Shown: positions 48,288 to 59,279 of the stretch, one piece after another
How positions within the stretch are numbered: the stretch's first letter is position 1
Layout: every line of letters starts with the position of its first letter
Notes under the pieces: model-generated
The model's database searches: none
What the model was told of the DNA's origin: nothing
Seen by the model: only the letters and a program-made list of their open reading frames with translations
Virus record (IMG/VR): IMGVR_UViG_3300049855_000239
Coordinates: 1 to 64,000 of that record
Length of the DNA stretch: 64,000 nucleotides
Strand: one strand, 5' to 3'
Origin: a virus
Position numbers and translations under genes: made by a program

Positions 48288-49280
48288 ATGTCAGCAAAAT
48301 CATTATCACCAAAATTGCAAGAGGTTCTTGATAAGAGAATCGCAGATAGAGTTAGATTCCACACCGATTCGGCAACAGGACTAACTACTCCATTTGTATT
48401 CAAACTAGAGGGTGCAGATGCTATTGATAAAACGGTATCGCCACCTAAATTGATGCGTAAGAACGCATATTTACCACCCAAGACAGACATCTACGACCCA
48501 TACGACAAAAAACAACCTGTAAAGATTGTCAGGAACGTAACGGATGTAGATATTCGTTGGGATGACGATAAACAACGTGAAGTAAGCGTTGAAACAGTGC
48601 AATCAGTAGAGTTTATTCAAAGTCACTGCTATGTGCAAGTGAACGAGATAAACAAGCTTGCCTACTTGATGTTTGGCGATGGCAATATGTCAAAACCAAA
48701 ATTCCTTCAACGTCAAGGTGCAAAACCAATGATTAAATGGGAAGAATCTAGTTCTACATTACATTCAGGTCGTGACAGAAACGAGGTAGGCGAAATCATG
48801 TTACTTTCTAAAGCATTGGAAGTAGCTAAAAGAGCCGATTTTGCAAGACAGAAACTTGTATTATCAACTATTTGTAAGGAAGAAAAATTTGCGTCATTCG
48901 ACCCTAATGGGAAAGATTCAACTGCCATCAATAACGACTTCTTTATCTTTGCCAAGAACTATCCAAAGTCATTCCTACATACAAATGTAGAAGACAATGT
49001 AAAAGTAGAAGTATTGGTAACAGAATCGGAATTGAAGGGTATTATCAAGAATGACAAAGGAACTGCTACATGGAAGATTGAAAGTGGTGATGGATTTGTA
49101 AAATTAATGGCTTACAACGCTATTACTGACACAGACCCAGATAAAGCACTTGTGAAATTCTTGCTTGACCCAAAGAACGAAAGGGCGTTGAAAAACCTAG
49201 AGTTCAAAAATAAACCGAAGCACCACCCATACATGCCTGCCGATGAAGTAGAGCCTGTTTTAGAGGAGGTTACTGCTTAA
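48288..49280 (+). CDS. structural-module protein following MCP
   Basis: 330-aa ORF; position only. Confidence 0.55.
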   Translation: MSAKSLSPKLQEVLDKRIADRVRFHTDSATGLTTPFVFKLEGADAIDKTVSPPKLMRKNAYLPPKTDIYDPYDKKQPVKIVRNVTDVDIRWDDDKQREVSVETVQSVEFIQSHCYVQVNEINKLAYLMFGDGNMSKPKFLQRQGAKPMIKWEESSSTLHSGRDRNEVGEIMLLSKALEVAKRADFARQKLVLSTICKEEKFASFDPNGKDSTAINNDFFIFAKNYPKSFLHTNVEDNVKVEVLVTESELKGIIKNDKGTATWKIESGDGFVKLMAYNAITDTDPDKALVKFLLDPKNERALKNLEFKNKPKHHPYMPADEVEPVLEEVTA

Positions 49281-49327
49281 AAAGCGATTCAAAATCGTTT
49301 GTTACATTTGTGAAAAGAAAAGGATAG

Positions 49328-50536
49328 ATGGCATTAACTATATCGGCTTCCCCACTAGGCTATTTAGGTGGGTCGGTAACTATAACAGCATCAAGCATTC
49401 CAACGTCTCCTAGTAGATGGGGATTGTTCCTTTTTTACAAAGCCGTAACAAGTGCGACACCATATTATAGCAGTCCAGTAGCAGGAAATTATCTAAACCC
49501 TGCTACTGATACTTATTGGGATGTAACACTCCCAATGAATGCCACATATACATTTTATTCATTTGCCATATTAGCATACAACAATACCTATCCTTATGGA
49601 TTGGGTGATTGGGTATTTAATCCCGTTGATGGGTGTATTTATATATCTAACGCAGGGTCTAATAATGGACACGCTTTAGATAATCAAACTTGGTGGAGGA
49701 AGATGGATTCTGACGACTACCAAGATGTCCCATTAAAAGGGGATAATTATAGTTCCATATCTTTCCCAGTAACAACGCTAGAAAGAGCAAGCCTTGTACA
49801 GTCTGTTACCAACAATACAGCATTTCTTGGGTTGAACCTAAAGATGCGAATGTCATGTGATTCTAGTGTACAGACAATTGCATTGAATGACCAAACGGGC
49901 AATTTTGTTTTTGACACTAATCCAAATGGCTATGGTGGAGTAAACGCATATCGTGGCGACTATGCCTATGCTTCATTCCTGACCAATACAAGAGCCGATG
50001 GATCGGTTTATACTTATACGCCAAGAACCTACTCGTATCGTTCGGCATTGAAGTACAATATTGATGTACCTAGAGATGGGTTGTATAGACTAGATTTATT
50101 CATGGCACAATTATATGTGTCAGGAACTAGTTATAATACTAACGATTTAGTATTTGAAGAAACAAGCAATACATTCTATAAGTCACTGATAGACTATAAT
50201 TTAGATGCCGTTTCGGTTAGCACATCATGGATTGCTATTAGTACGCTAAGTGAGTTTCAATCGGTAGATTACTACCAATTGTGTCAATTCTATTTTATAC
50301 AAGACAATAACGGAAGGAAGTTGTTGTATGACTTGGGAGCTGGTATAAAAGATTCTTGTCCTTGCGGATGTACTTCTAAGTGTGGCGATGATTTGTACAA
50401 GAAATATATGTTTGTAATGCAGTGTATTGAAAATGCTTGCTTTGCGAAACAATTAGGGAAATATGAGTTGGCCCAGTGTTTCCTAGAAAAGATACCTAAA
50501 AATTGTGCGCCTTACGTTTCGATATACAAATGCTAA
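49328..50536 (+). CDS. virion protein with two carbohydrate-binding-like repeats and Cys-rich C-terminus
   Basis: YNNTYPYGLGDWV...IY.S...W and YVSGTSYNTNDLV...FYKSL...W. Confidence 0.55.
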   Translation: MALTISASPLGYLGGSVTITASSIPTSPSRWGLFLFYKAVTSATPYYSSPVAGNYLNPATDTYWDVTLPMNATYTFYSFAILAYNNTYPYGLGDWVFNPVDGCIYISNAGSNNGHALDNQTWWRKMDSDDYQDVPLKGDNYSSISFPVTTLERASLVQSVTNNTAFLGLNLKMRMSCDSSVQTIALNDQTGNFVFDTNPNGYGGVNAYRGDYAYASFLTNTRADGSVYTYTPRTYSYRSALKYNIDVPRDGLYRLDLFMAQLYVSGTSYNTNDLVFEETSNTFYKSLIDYNLDAVSVSTSWIAISTLSEFQSVDYYQLCQFYFIQDNNGRKLLYDLGAGIKDSCPCGCTSKCGDDLYKKYMFVMQCIENACFAKQLGKYELAQCFLEKIPKNCAPYVSIYKC

Positions 50537-50744
50537 CGAACGCTCAATTACATACTAAAAAAGTAGAATCTACTCAGATTGGGGAGCAATTGCTTTATCA
50601 AGTGAATGGAGGACAAGATATATGTTGTATATTATCGCAATGGGGAAAAGATTGGAGTACTTACAATAAGTATTCTACACCACCAAACGAGACAACATCC
50701 GATAATAGGTTATTTGCAATGGAATTTGACGTAGAATTTGAATA

Positions 50745-51641
50745 ATGGATAATATAAAAGTTGCCCAAAAAGCTACTGTTGCATCTAGGATAACAGACAA
50801 AACAGTAGATTATTCTATTGCAAAGCAAGATATAGGAAGTACCTATAATGAAATAATAGACTTGCTTGGAGCAGTGCTTGTTAATGTAGATTTAGTTTAT
50901 CCAATAGGATTCCCAGTATATACCACAAGCCCTTTTGCTGTATACATATCAAAGGTAGATAACGTCTATGGAGATGTAACTAATCAGACGAATTGGTTGA
51001 AAATTGCAGGTTCTGGGTTACCTTATTTGGTTGCTGACGTAGATGTCGTGGTTACACCCGTATCTTATCAATCATCAGACTATTATGTGTCAGAACCTAT
51101 TTCACTAGCTAGTAATGCAGGTAAATTGTTTGATTTAAGGCTAACTGGAGTACCTATATCTAATACATCTCAACTTGGATATGCAATATCAATAAGTACA
51201 ACTGGAGCGATAACAGGAAGTTCTCTGTTTATAAAAACTGATTGTAATGGAGTCGGGATGCACACGCTGTTAGTAGATGGTACATACAGTGAAAGATTGG
51301 AAGCTGGAGCTACCTATTTGTTTTCCAAAACATATGATGGCGAGGATTCTGATGGGTATGTTTTAATAAAACTAGGGAGGAGTGGTTTAAAAATTGGGTC
51401 TACTTATGCTTATAAGGTTTCTACTGGAAAAACTCTTATAAACGGAACAAATACTATAACATTACCACTAGCAGTAGGATTACATGGCGAAGATGTGGAA
51501 ATAATACTTATATCGGCAGGTACTATCACAGTACTGTTAAGTGGCTCTGATACGTTGGTAAATATTGGAGGAGCGTCATTTAATAGGCCTATAATGAGGT
51601 TTATTAGTGATGGAGTAGATAAATGGTATTACGCAGGTTAA
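50745..51641 (+). CDS. probable virion/fibre protein
   Basis: beta-rich, TITLP and FISDGVDKWY tail motifs. Confidence 0.5.
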   Translation: MDNIKVAQKATVASRITDKTVDYSIAKQDIGSTYNEIIDLLGAVLVNVDLVYPIGFPVYTTSPFAVYISKVDNVYGDVTNQTNWLKIAGSGLPYLVADVDVVVTPVSYQSSDYYVSEPISLASNAGKLFDLRLTGVPISNTSQLGYAISISTTGAITGSSLFIKTDCNGVGMHTLLVDGTYSERLEAGATYLFSKTYDGEDSDGYVLIKLGRSGLKIGSTYAYKVSTGKTLINGTNTITLPLAVGLHGEDVEIILISAGTITVLLSGSDTLVNIGGASFNRPIMRFISDGVDKWYYAG

Positions 51642-51645
51642 TGAT

Positions 51646-52374
51646 ATGAAAAGATACCCAGTACTCATATTGGCATACAAACGAACAACTGAATTAGAGT
51701 TGACTTTGGAGTCATTAAAACAACTAAATCCTTCTATTGTTTATTTTCATATACACAATGCCCCAGAAGGGGATATTGAAGGCCAAAAACAAGTAGAGGC
51801 TGTAAAAAAAATAATCATATCGTATCAAGGAGCGAAAGAAGTAAGATACCCAAAAGAAGCGTTGGGAGTAAGGGAGAGCATGTACTCTGCTTTAGCTTGG
51901 ATTTCTGAGAAGGAAGATTTTTTTTATGTATGGGAAGATGATATTGTGTTAAAGCCAAATAGCGCAAAGAAGTTAGATAAATACATGTCACAGCTTGAAA
52001 AAGAGGATGGAGTATTAAAATTTGGCGAGTATAGAAATTGGGCTGTATACTGGGGGTGGGCAACAACATCTAAAACGGCAAAAAGGCTTATTGATAAGTC
52101 GGTATGGGAATTGCCTAGTGAAGTTGTTAAGCCTTACTTTCAAGACTCGTTTCATTATAAAGGGACAATGGAATTGTATAGGCGTGGACAGTTTCATGCT
52201 TGGGATGATGAATTTGGATTGGTGACTAAAATATTAGGGGTAAATCAAATTCTTTCAGAAGAGCAACTTACAGACCATATCGGATTTCAGTCTACAAGAA
52301 TAAGTAATGGAATAGATAAAGTGTTTGGAGAAGGGACCCATGTAACTTTTAGAAACGGAAAATTAGTAGACTAA
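51646..52374 (+). CDS. GT-A fold glycosyltransferase
   Basis: PVLILAYKR..L..TLESL, VWEDDI (DxD-like), WGWAT, HIG. Confidence 0.75.
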   Translation: MKRYPVLILAYKRTTELELTLESLKQLNPSIVYFHIHNAPEGDIEGQKQVEAVKKIIISYQGAKEVRYPKEALGVRESMYSALAWISEKEDFFYVWEDDIVLKPNSAKKLDKYMSQLEKEDGVLKFGEYRNWAVYWGWATTSKTAKRLIDKSVWELPSEVVKPYFQDSFHYKGTMELYRRGQFHAWDDEFGLVTKILGVNQILSEEQLTDHIGFQSTRISNGIDKVFGEGTHVTFRNGKLVD

Positions 52375-53690
52375 TGAAAAGGATTTATTTTGATAAAGGC
52401 GGTTGTGATGATGGGTGTAATGCCAACGCCAATTCTTATGAAGAATCGCTAAGGGGCGCACAAGGAGTACAAGGCAAGCAAGGTATTCAGGGGATTGACG
52501 GCAAAAGTTCATTGATTAACGGAAGTGTTACTGACGGCACGACTGATTCGGATGGAACGGCTGATGATGCACTGGACAATACAGCAAAGACGAATCTTAA
52601 CTCAATGGGCTTTAATGTAGAAACAGATTCTACACTTAGACCTACAATAGATACATCTGATACGGTCAATAAAAAAACATGGGTAAGACTATCTAATAAG
52701 GTGCTAAACCTAATTGGGCTGGAAATTAAGCCTAATTTATTGCCAAGCGTAGGCTCGGAAGGTCAAGTGCTGACAGTTGCAAGTGGACTTTGGACACCAC
52801 AAACTCCTGTAAATGAAATTTACAATACCACATCTGTTACTTCATTGGCAATTACAGAGTCAATGGTTGGGAACAATGTTGGGCTATCGGTAGGTACTGG
52901 TTTGGCATATAAGTTTGGGATTCCCGTCAGGGCTACGGACGCAGCTAGTAATAATAATTATATTGAAGGTGTTGTTGCTTCATATTCAGGTTCAACATTA
53001 ACGTTTAATGTGACAAGGGTTGTAGGCAGCGGAACTCCTGCTTCTTGGAGGGTAGCTTTAGGGTCGTTGCTGAATGTGCCTTATATCTCTTCGAGTACAG
53101 CAAATAAGGTATTAATAAATGATGGATTAAATTCTTCATGGGGAGATTCGACAATAATTACGGGGTTCTGTATGCCTTGGTTTTCGCCAACCCTACCATC
53201 TGGAGGATGGCTTTTCTGTAATGGGGCGCCTTATGATATAGCAGTACAAACCTATCTAACTCCATTATATAATTTATTATGCCCATCTGGAACTAATAAA
53301 TTTAATGACGGCCTCCCTGCTGGTCAATTTCGTGTTCCCAATCTTACAGGAAGAGTACCTGTTGGTAGAGATTCTGATAATGCAAATATAAATGAACTAG
53401 GAGAGACATATGGTGCTGTAACCACTATACTGTTGGCAGAAAACCTTCCTGAGGTATGTCCATATCCTACCGTGAACGGAGCAGGAACTAGTGACCTTGC
53501 AGGGATTACTCCACTTACGGGAGTTCCTGGGAACAGTGGAGGGGGTGGAACTGTCTTGATTCCTGGGGCAAATACAGCAGTCCAAAATATAAGTACTAAT
53601 GTCACAATGGGAACAAATACCGCAACTGGCGACGCTCCTTTTAGTAACTTTCAGCCCTCTACTGTTTGTTATTGGATTATAAAATACTAA
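52374..53690 (+). CDS. tail fibre with short collagen-like repeat and tail-collar domain
   Basis: GAQGVQGKQGIQGIDG; P.GGWLFCNG...LY...FRVPNLTGRVPVG; NFQPS....WIIKY. Confidence 0.8.
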   Translation: MKRIYFDKGGCDDGCNANANSYEESLRGAQGVQGKQGIQGIDGKSSLINGSVTDGTTDSDGTADDALDNTAKTNLNSMGFNVETDSTLRPTIDTSDTVNKKTWVRLSNKVLNLIGLEIKPNLLPSVGSEGQVLTVASGLWTPQTPVNEIYNTTSVTSLAITESMVGNNVGLSVGTGLAYKFGIPVRATDAASNNNYIEGVVASYSGSTLTFNVTRVVGSGTPASWRVALGSLLNVPYISSSTANKVLINDGLNSSWGDSTIITGFCMPWFSPTLPSGGWLFCNGAPYDIAVQTYLTPLYNLLCPSGTNKFNDGLPAGQFRVPNLTGRVPVGRDSDNANINELGETYGAVTTILLAENLPEVCPYPTVNGAGTSDLAGITPLTGVPGNSGGGGTVLIPGANTAVQNISTNVTMGTNTATGDAPFSNFQPSTVCYWIIKY

Positions 53691-53691
53691 A

Positions 53692-54468
53692 ATGAACGCA
53701 GGAGAAGCATATTCTTTCGTACAATATTTGGCAAACAAATCTAGCAGTGGAGGATTCATTAAACCTGAATACTTCACTGACCTAATGCAACGTGCCGAAA
53801 TGGAATTTGTGTTCAAGAATTACAACAATAATAAGCAATACACAAGAAACGAAGCTACTCCTATTTATGGATTTGGAATGTCCCAAAGAATGAGGGATAA
53901 CCTAAGACCGTACAAAAAAACGTATGTATTCACATCTTTGAGTAACGGAAGTGCAGCTTTACCTTCTGACTATTTACATCCGATAGGGTTCTTTGCTGAT
54001 TATTATTCTAGTTCTTCTAGCACATCAAACACGACAGAATCATTGGATTGTGGAATACCTGCGTTCCCAAAAAAGAATGCTACGCTAGTGTATAGTACAA
54101 CGGCTAAATCGGTAGAGGTAAAGTTACTGGAAGATGACGAGTTTGGGTCTAGGGTTGGAAGTGTAACAAGAACACCAACCAATGAATACCCTATTGCGAA
54201 GTTTGTAGGCAATACTGCTTATTTCGCACCTACAACCACGTCAAGACCCACATTGCATTATATCAAAAAGCCTGATGGGGCTATCTTTGGGTACACGCTA
54301 GATGTTAATGGTGACGCTATTTATAGCCCATCTACAAGCAAGGATTGGGAAGCCCCAGTTGATTGTCATAATGAGTTGTGTATAATGATTTGTCAGTATG
54401 TAGGCATTCACGTTTCTTCCGATACCATAACCGAGTTCTCACGCTATAAAGAAAACACTGGGATATGA
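53692..54468 (+). CDS. head-tail connector / ring protein
   Basis: ANK...G.I.P..F, LPSDYL, LHYIKKP; position before muzzle. Confidence 0.6.
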   Translation: MNAGEAYSFVQYLANKSSSGGFIKPEYFTDLMQRAEMEFVFKNYNNNKQYTRNEATPIYGFGMSQRMRDNLRPYKKTYVFTSLSNGSAALPSDYLHPIGFFADYYSSSSSTSNTTESLDCGIPAFPKKNATLVYSTTAKSVEVKLLEDDEFGSRVGSVTRTPTNEYPIAKFVGNTAYFAPTTTSRPTLHYIKKPDGAIFGYTLDVNGDAIYSPSTSKDWEAPVDCHNELCIMICQYVGIHVSSDTITEFSRYKENTGI

Positions 54469-55109
54469 CAAAGAGAGAACACGCTGAAATAATCTTGAAT
54501 TACCTAGCCGAGTATACCATAGGTATGGATTTGCAATATGAAGAAAGGGATATTTACCCTATTCTTGATAGTGTAACCAATGCCTATGCTAAGAAGAACA
54601 TGTTGGAAAACATGAAACTAGGTGATCCGAATATTTCAGATCAGTATGCTTTGGAGTTCAAGAATTTAGAGATATTCTTTGATAAAGATTATGCTTTTTG
54701 TTACAGTAATCTTCCTGCAAAGCCAATAGCATTACCCAATGGTAGAGGCGTTGATTTTGTGTCAGGAATGCGTAACAGGAACAATCAATACTATGTAGTA
54801 AATAGAAACCAATTGACACTACAGCCAGAACAAGAAATAGAAGGGAATGTATATTGTTGGAAAGAAGGTTCACGTATTTATTATTCAAAACGATTTGACG
54901 AAACCGATGCTCCTAGAGTTTTTATGCGACTTATCGTTTCTAGTGCTTCAAGTGTGGACGCAGATGCCGAATATCCTTTAGATCCTAGTGTGGAGTTTGA
55001 CGTAAGAAAAGAGGTCATTAATTATTTTATGGCAATAAGCGCATCAAGCCAAGACTTGACAAAAGATGCACAAAACGAATCAAAGACACAACCTATTGCT
55101 AGGAGATGA
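54465..55109 (+). CDS. tail ring protein
   Basis: position and overlap with neighbours. Confidence 0.5.
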   Translation: MTKREHAEIILNYLAEYTIGMDLQYEERDIYPILDSVTNAYAKKNMLENMKLGDPNISDQYALEFKNLEIFFDKDYAFCYSNLPAKPIALPNGRGVDFVSGMRNRNNQYYVVNRNQLTLQPEQEIEGNVYCWKEGSRIYYSKRFDETDAPRVFMRLIVSSASSVDADAEYPLDPSVEFDVRKEVINYFMAISASSQDLTKDAQNESKTQPIARR

Positions 55110-55900
55110 CAAACGATAAATACACCATAACGGCAGTAGCGCAAAAGGTAGCCTCTGATTTAGAAGACTTTAGTGGTCACAAGATACTCACGTATATCAA
55201 TTGGGCAAAAGCAGGTTTAAGGGGTTTGCAACAAGAGGTATTACAAGAGGTAAAAACCATTAAGGTTGCTATGAATAGCTATTACGCTATTGATTTGCCT
55301 GATGATTGTGTCGATTGGGTGAAGGTTGGCGTTCAATATGGGGACAAGATATTTGTACTTGGAATAGCCAATGACATAGCACTATTTCAAGACGAAACGG
55401 ATTGTGGCGAAAAGACTGCAAACGTACATTACCCTAGCGTTGATGACTTGACAAATGGAATTAGTTTAGAGGCATATACTCCGTTTTACTTTACTAACTT
55501 TTATGGTTCTTATCCAAGTCAAGGGAATTGGAACGATGGGTTGTATGGGTTATATTCAGGATTACCTAGTAAAGGGTTCTTTAGAGAAAACAAACAGGCA
55601 CGTCAATTACAGTTCAGTAGCAACGTAAAAGCACCATACATTTACTTGGAGTATATTACCGATGGTAGTGTATGCAATGGTTCTACACAAGTAGACCCGA
55701 AAGTATTTGATTACTTGGTGCAATTTGTACACTACGAAAGAATGAAGTTTAGACTGGACGTTCCTGATGGACTAAAACATAGAACACAATCTGACCTGCA
55801 TTACATGTTCTTGGAAATAAAACGTAGAACCGCAGGTATCACGATGAAAGATATTGTGAATGGAGTAAGGGCAGGGTACAGAATGACACCACACATATAA
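55106..55900 (+). CDS. tail ring protein
   Basis: LPDDCVDWVK, IYLEYITDG motifs. Confidence 0.55.
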   Translation: MTNDKYTITAVAQKVASDLEDFSGHKILTYINWAKAGLRGLQQEVLQEVKTIKVAMNSYYAIDLPDDCVDWVKVGVQYGDKIFVLGIANDIALFQDETDCGEKTANVHYPSVDDLTNGISLEAYTPFYFTNFYGSYPSQGNWNDGLYGLYSGLPSKGFFRENKQARQLQFSSNVKAPYIYLEYITDGSVCNGSTQVDPKVFDYLVQFVHYERMKFRLDVPDGLKHRTQSDLHYMFLEIKRRTAGITMKDIVNGVRAGYRMTPHI

Positions 55901-58752
55901 TGGCACAAGCTTCTGCAATAAACATATTTACAGGTGGCATGAACATGGATATTAACCCATCGTTCATGAAAGATGGTGATTATACCTATGCCGAAAATGT
56001 GCGTATCGGATTCTCCGAGTCGGACAATATGGGTGCGGTTGAGAATGTAAAAAGTACACTTCCAATCCTAAATACCTACTTGGATAATGTTACTGGAAGA
56101 TATAAAACCATTTGTGCTGCACCTTATGAATCAAAAAGTATCTTGTATTATTTCGTAAAAGATACACAAGGCACTAATGATGCCATTTATGAGTTCAACC
56201 TAAAGACGAGTGCCATAGTACAAGTATTAAGTGGTGTTGTGCTTGGCTTTGGAGACGATATTAAATCAGCCAACTATTTTAGCGACATGCTAACATGGAC
56301 TGATGGAGTAGGTGAGGTGAGGCAGATTTTTGTTTCATTGGCAAAACAAGGAGTATATCAGTCATTTATGGGCGAGTATACAACCCTTATAAAACCACAA
56401 CCTGATACTACAATAATTGCGACCCTAATGGAAGACGCTACCGTAAGCAGTTCGTCTTTTGAGGATAAAAATTATCAGTTCATTTATAGGTACGTATTCT
56501 TTGGAAATCAAAAGAGTGCATGGTCGATGCCTAGTAGAATGGTAGCTTATGGCTATGATACTAACCTGAAAAAGATGCGGTTAAGCATGAACCCATCGGA
56601 GGTCAGGCAAGCACCATATTTTCAAAAACTAATAGCCTATATTGAAATAGGGATGCGTGACGAGGACTCACAGCCTTGGAAGTTAATTAAGCGATTAACA
56701 TTCCCTACTGTTCAGTCAAATGATTTTTACTATGATTTCTACAATGATTCTATTTATCCTGTAATATCCACATTAGAGACAAATAGGTTCTATGATGATG
56801 TGCCACGTACTTCACAGGCGATGGCACTAGTGAATAGCAGGTTGATGTTGGGGAATAATAAAACAGGTTTTAATAATGTACCTCTCATCCAAGCGTTAGA
56901 TTTTACACCATCGTTAATAACAGACCCATTAATAGATAATGGATGTTATTTTAAAAGTGGAGGGACATATGGAGTAGGAGTGGAGTTGTATGATAGATAC
57001 CAAAGGAGAACGTTTACTTATCCATTGGGAGGTTTTACGGCTATTGAACGAAATGGCTCTTTCAAGGCAACACAAGTAGGCTTTAAATTAGTAGGTGGAA
57101 GTACAGAAGGGTTGCCTGAATGGTGTGAGTATTGGGCGATTGCAATGACAAAATGCAACAATAAAGGATCGTTCCAGCAGGTACATGTAACTATTGATGG
57201 TAGCAGTACAAATCATAAAATAATATTCTCTTCTACGTTTGCAACACCAACAAAACCACAAATAGCATGGGTGTATTCAACGGGGGATAAGTGCAGTATT
57301 AGGACAGTAGACGCAGCAGGAAACCCATCAGGAGCAGGTTTTTTCAATATCCCATTGCAATTAGATAGTACAAGTGGTAATTTTTATATTGAATGGGATG
57401 GAACTACGGTATTGCCAACATGTACCACTGGTGCTATATTTGAATTATTTGCTCCCATTAAATCTACCGAAACACAGTTCTATTATGAGGTAGGAGAATT
57501 GAATCCAATTACCTTAGATGTGAATGGTAAGCGCAGGTTCGGTACGGACTTTTCGCAAGTAGGGAAAACTATAACAATTACTGGTGGCGATACACAATAT
57601 AGAGTGTCAGACAACTGTGAAGCAATGGCATCCTCTGAAAAGTTCTTTGAAACATGGTCGCATAATATTGGAAGGCCGAATACAATAGATACCGAAACAG
57701 AGGGGGAAAACTTAGGTATATCAGAACTAGCTTATAGTAATGCTTATTCTCAAGGAACAAAACTAAATGGGCTAAACACCTTTGAGTTTCTTTCAAAGGA
57801 AACATACCCTATGGAACTTGGGGCTATCACTAAACTGACTGTTGCAAGGGATTTTGAAGTAAACGGATCGGTGTTACTAGTGACTACCGAATACAATAAT
57901 TACAGCGTTTACATTGGGAAGACACAAATAAAAAACCCCGATGGAAGTACGCAATTAGTGACTAACAACGCTATTCTTGGTACATATAACCTATTAGCAG
58001 GAGGCTTCGGAAGTATAAACCCAGAGTCAGTACATGCTTTCGGAACAACAGTAAGAGGATTTGATTTGTTAAAAGGAGTCCTGTGGAGGTATAGTACGGA
58101 TGGATTGACAGCGATTAGTCAACAATATGGCACAAATAGCTATGTGTCACATAAGGCATCAGAAATATATGCCACAACACAAAAGAATGTAGCTGCATAC
58201 GACCCATATTTTGACGAATATGTTATCTGTATAAAAGGGGTTAACGAGCAAAATCCGAAATGCTTGGCATTCAATGAAGATGCTAATAAGTTCAGTACAT
58301 TCTATGACATGAATCCTGATTGGATGGCTACACTGAATAGGTATCTTATATCATGGAAAAATGGAGTGCTTTATGTTCACAGGAAAGGAAGCGACTACAA
58401 TACATTGCAGGATAAAAAAGTAAAAAGTAAAATATCCTACGTGGCAAAATCTAGTCCTTTTTTAACAGTGAACTCTATTTCTGAAAGAGTTTATTCTCAA
58501 GATGAATGGAAGTTGAAGGTGGAGGGATGCAAGAAATCTACAAAACCAAGGCAAGTATCAGAGACCTTGAAAGCCGATTACGGAGAAGAATCATATTTGT
58601 ATCCTATAAAAGTAGATACGAATACTCGTAATGATATGAAATCTAGGCACTTTGTAATATCTTTGGAATTAGGTAATAATGTAGATTATTTATCGGTATT
58701 GTATGGTACTGAAACTATTCTATCAGGAAGCAATCCTAGTCCAGCAAAATGA
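55900..58752 (+). CDS. tail stabilisation / muzzle protein
   Basis: FTGGMNMD..P.....GDY..AENVRI, WTDG, YQF.YRY, RLMLGN, FG..NPES, DGLT.IS. Confidence 0.75.
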   Translation: MAQASAINIFTGGMNMDINPSFMKDGDYTYAENVRIGFSESDNMGAVENVKSTLPILNTYLDNVTGRYKTICAAPYESKSILYYFVKDTQGTNDAIYEFNLKTSAIVQVLSGVVLGFGDDIKSANYFSDMLTWTDGVGEVRQIFVSLAKQGVYQSFMGEYTTLIKPQPDTTIIATLMEDATVSSSSFEDKNYQFIYRYVFFGNQKSAWSMPSRMVAYGYDTNLKKMRLSMNPSEVRQAPYFQKLIAYIEIGMRDEDSQPWKLIKRLTFPTVQSNDFYYDFYNDSIYPVISTLETNRFYDDVPRTSQAMALVNSRLMLGNNKTGFNNVPLIQALDFTPSLITDPLIDNGCYFKSGGTYGVGVELYDRYQRRTFTYPLGGFTAIERNGSFKATQVGFKLVGGSTEGLPEWCEYWAIAMTKCNNKGSFQQVHVTIDGSSTNHKIIFSSTFATPTKPQIAWVYSTGDKCSIRTVDAAGNPSGAGFFNIPLQLDSTSGNFYIEWDGTTVLPTCTTGAIFELFAPIKSTETQFYYEVGELNPITLDVNGKRRFGTDFSQVGKTITITGGDTQYRVSDNCEAMASSEKFFETWSHNIGRPNTIDTETEGENLGISELAYSNAYSQGTKLNGLNTFEFLSKETYPMELGAITKLTVARDFEVNGSVLLVTTEYNNYSVYIGKTQIKNPDGSTQLVTNNAILGTYNLLAGGFGSINPESVHAFGTTVRGFDLLKGVLWRYSTDGLTAISQQYGTNSYVSHKASEIYATTQKNVAAYDPYFDEYVICIKGVNEQNPKCLAFNEDANKFSTFYDMNPDWMATLNRYLISWKNGVLYVHRKGSDYNTLQDKKVKSKISYVAKSSPFLTVNSISERVYSQDEWKLKVEGCKKSTKPRQVSETLKADYGEESYLYPIKVDTNTRNDMKSRHFVISLELGNNVDYLSVLYGTETILSGSNPSPAK

Positions 58753-59279
58753 CATTTAGGCTAGAAGAGTCGTTTGATATTGACGAAACTATCAAGGAGG
58801 TATTTCTTGGGGATGTCAATTTATTCTTGAAATACCATTACGAAAGCCCTACCGATCATGCGGAAGCTAGCCAATACACCTCGCTATATACCATAAGGGA
58901 TGTTCCGAGAGAGACTGTATTTTACTCCATATACTTAGACGATATATTGTTTGGGTATATTGCATTTGAGCATAATAATATTTGGGATATAGCATTTTCT
59001 ATAAAATACAGGGAAGGTGATTATATAAACAAATTCTACAATTATTTTTTTAGAGAGGTATTGCAAGAAGGAACGATACGTTTGTGCGAGCGCAATCATC
59101 GTGACATAAACCTATTATTAAAATCAAAGCTTGCCAGACCTGTTGCGTTTGACAGGTATATTGGCAAGCGTGATTATACGGAATTGGCACAGGAGGGTGC
59201 TGTCAAAAACAAAGAGAAGCACATATTGTATATCCCTTTGTCGCAGATAATTCTTAGCTTTGGAACAAATGAAGCTTAA
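58749..59279 (+). CDS. hypothetical protein (possibly degenerate GNAT fold)
   Basis: LFGYIAF...IAFSIKYR pattern; position after muzzle. Confidence 0.4.
   Translation: MTFRLEESFDIDETIKEVFLGDVNLFLKYHYESPTDHAEASQYTSLYTIRDVPRETVFYSIYLDDILFGYIAFEHNNIWDIAFSIKYREGDYINKFYNYFFREVLQEGTIRLCERNHRDINLLLKSKLARPVAFDRYIGKRDYTELAQEGAVKNKEKHILYIPLSQIILSFGTNEA

Noticed and set aside
52374-53690. Diversity-generating retroelement or invertase-shuffled tail fibre
   Set aside because: No reverse transcriptase, template/variable repeat pair or invertase seen.
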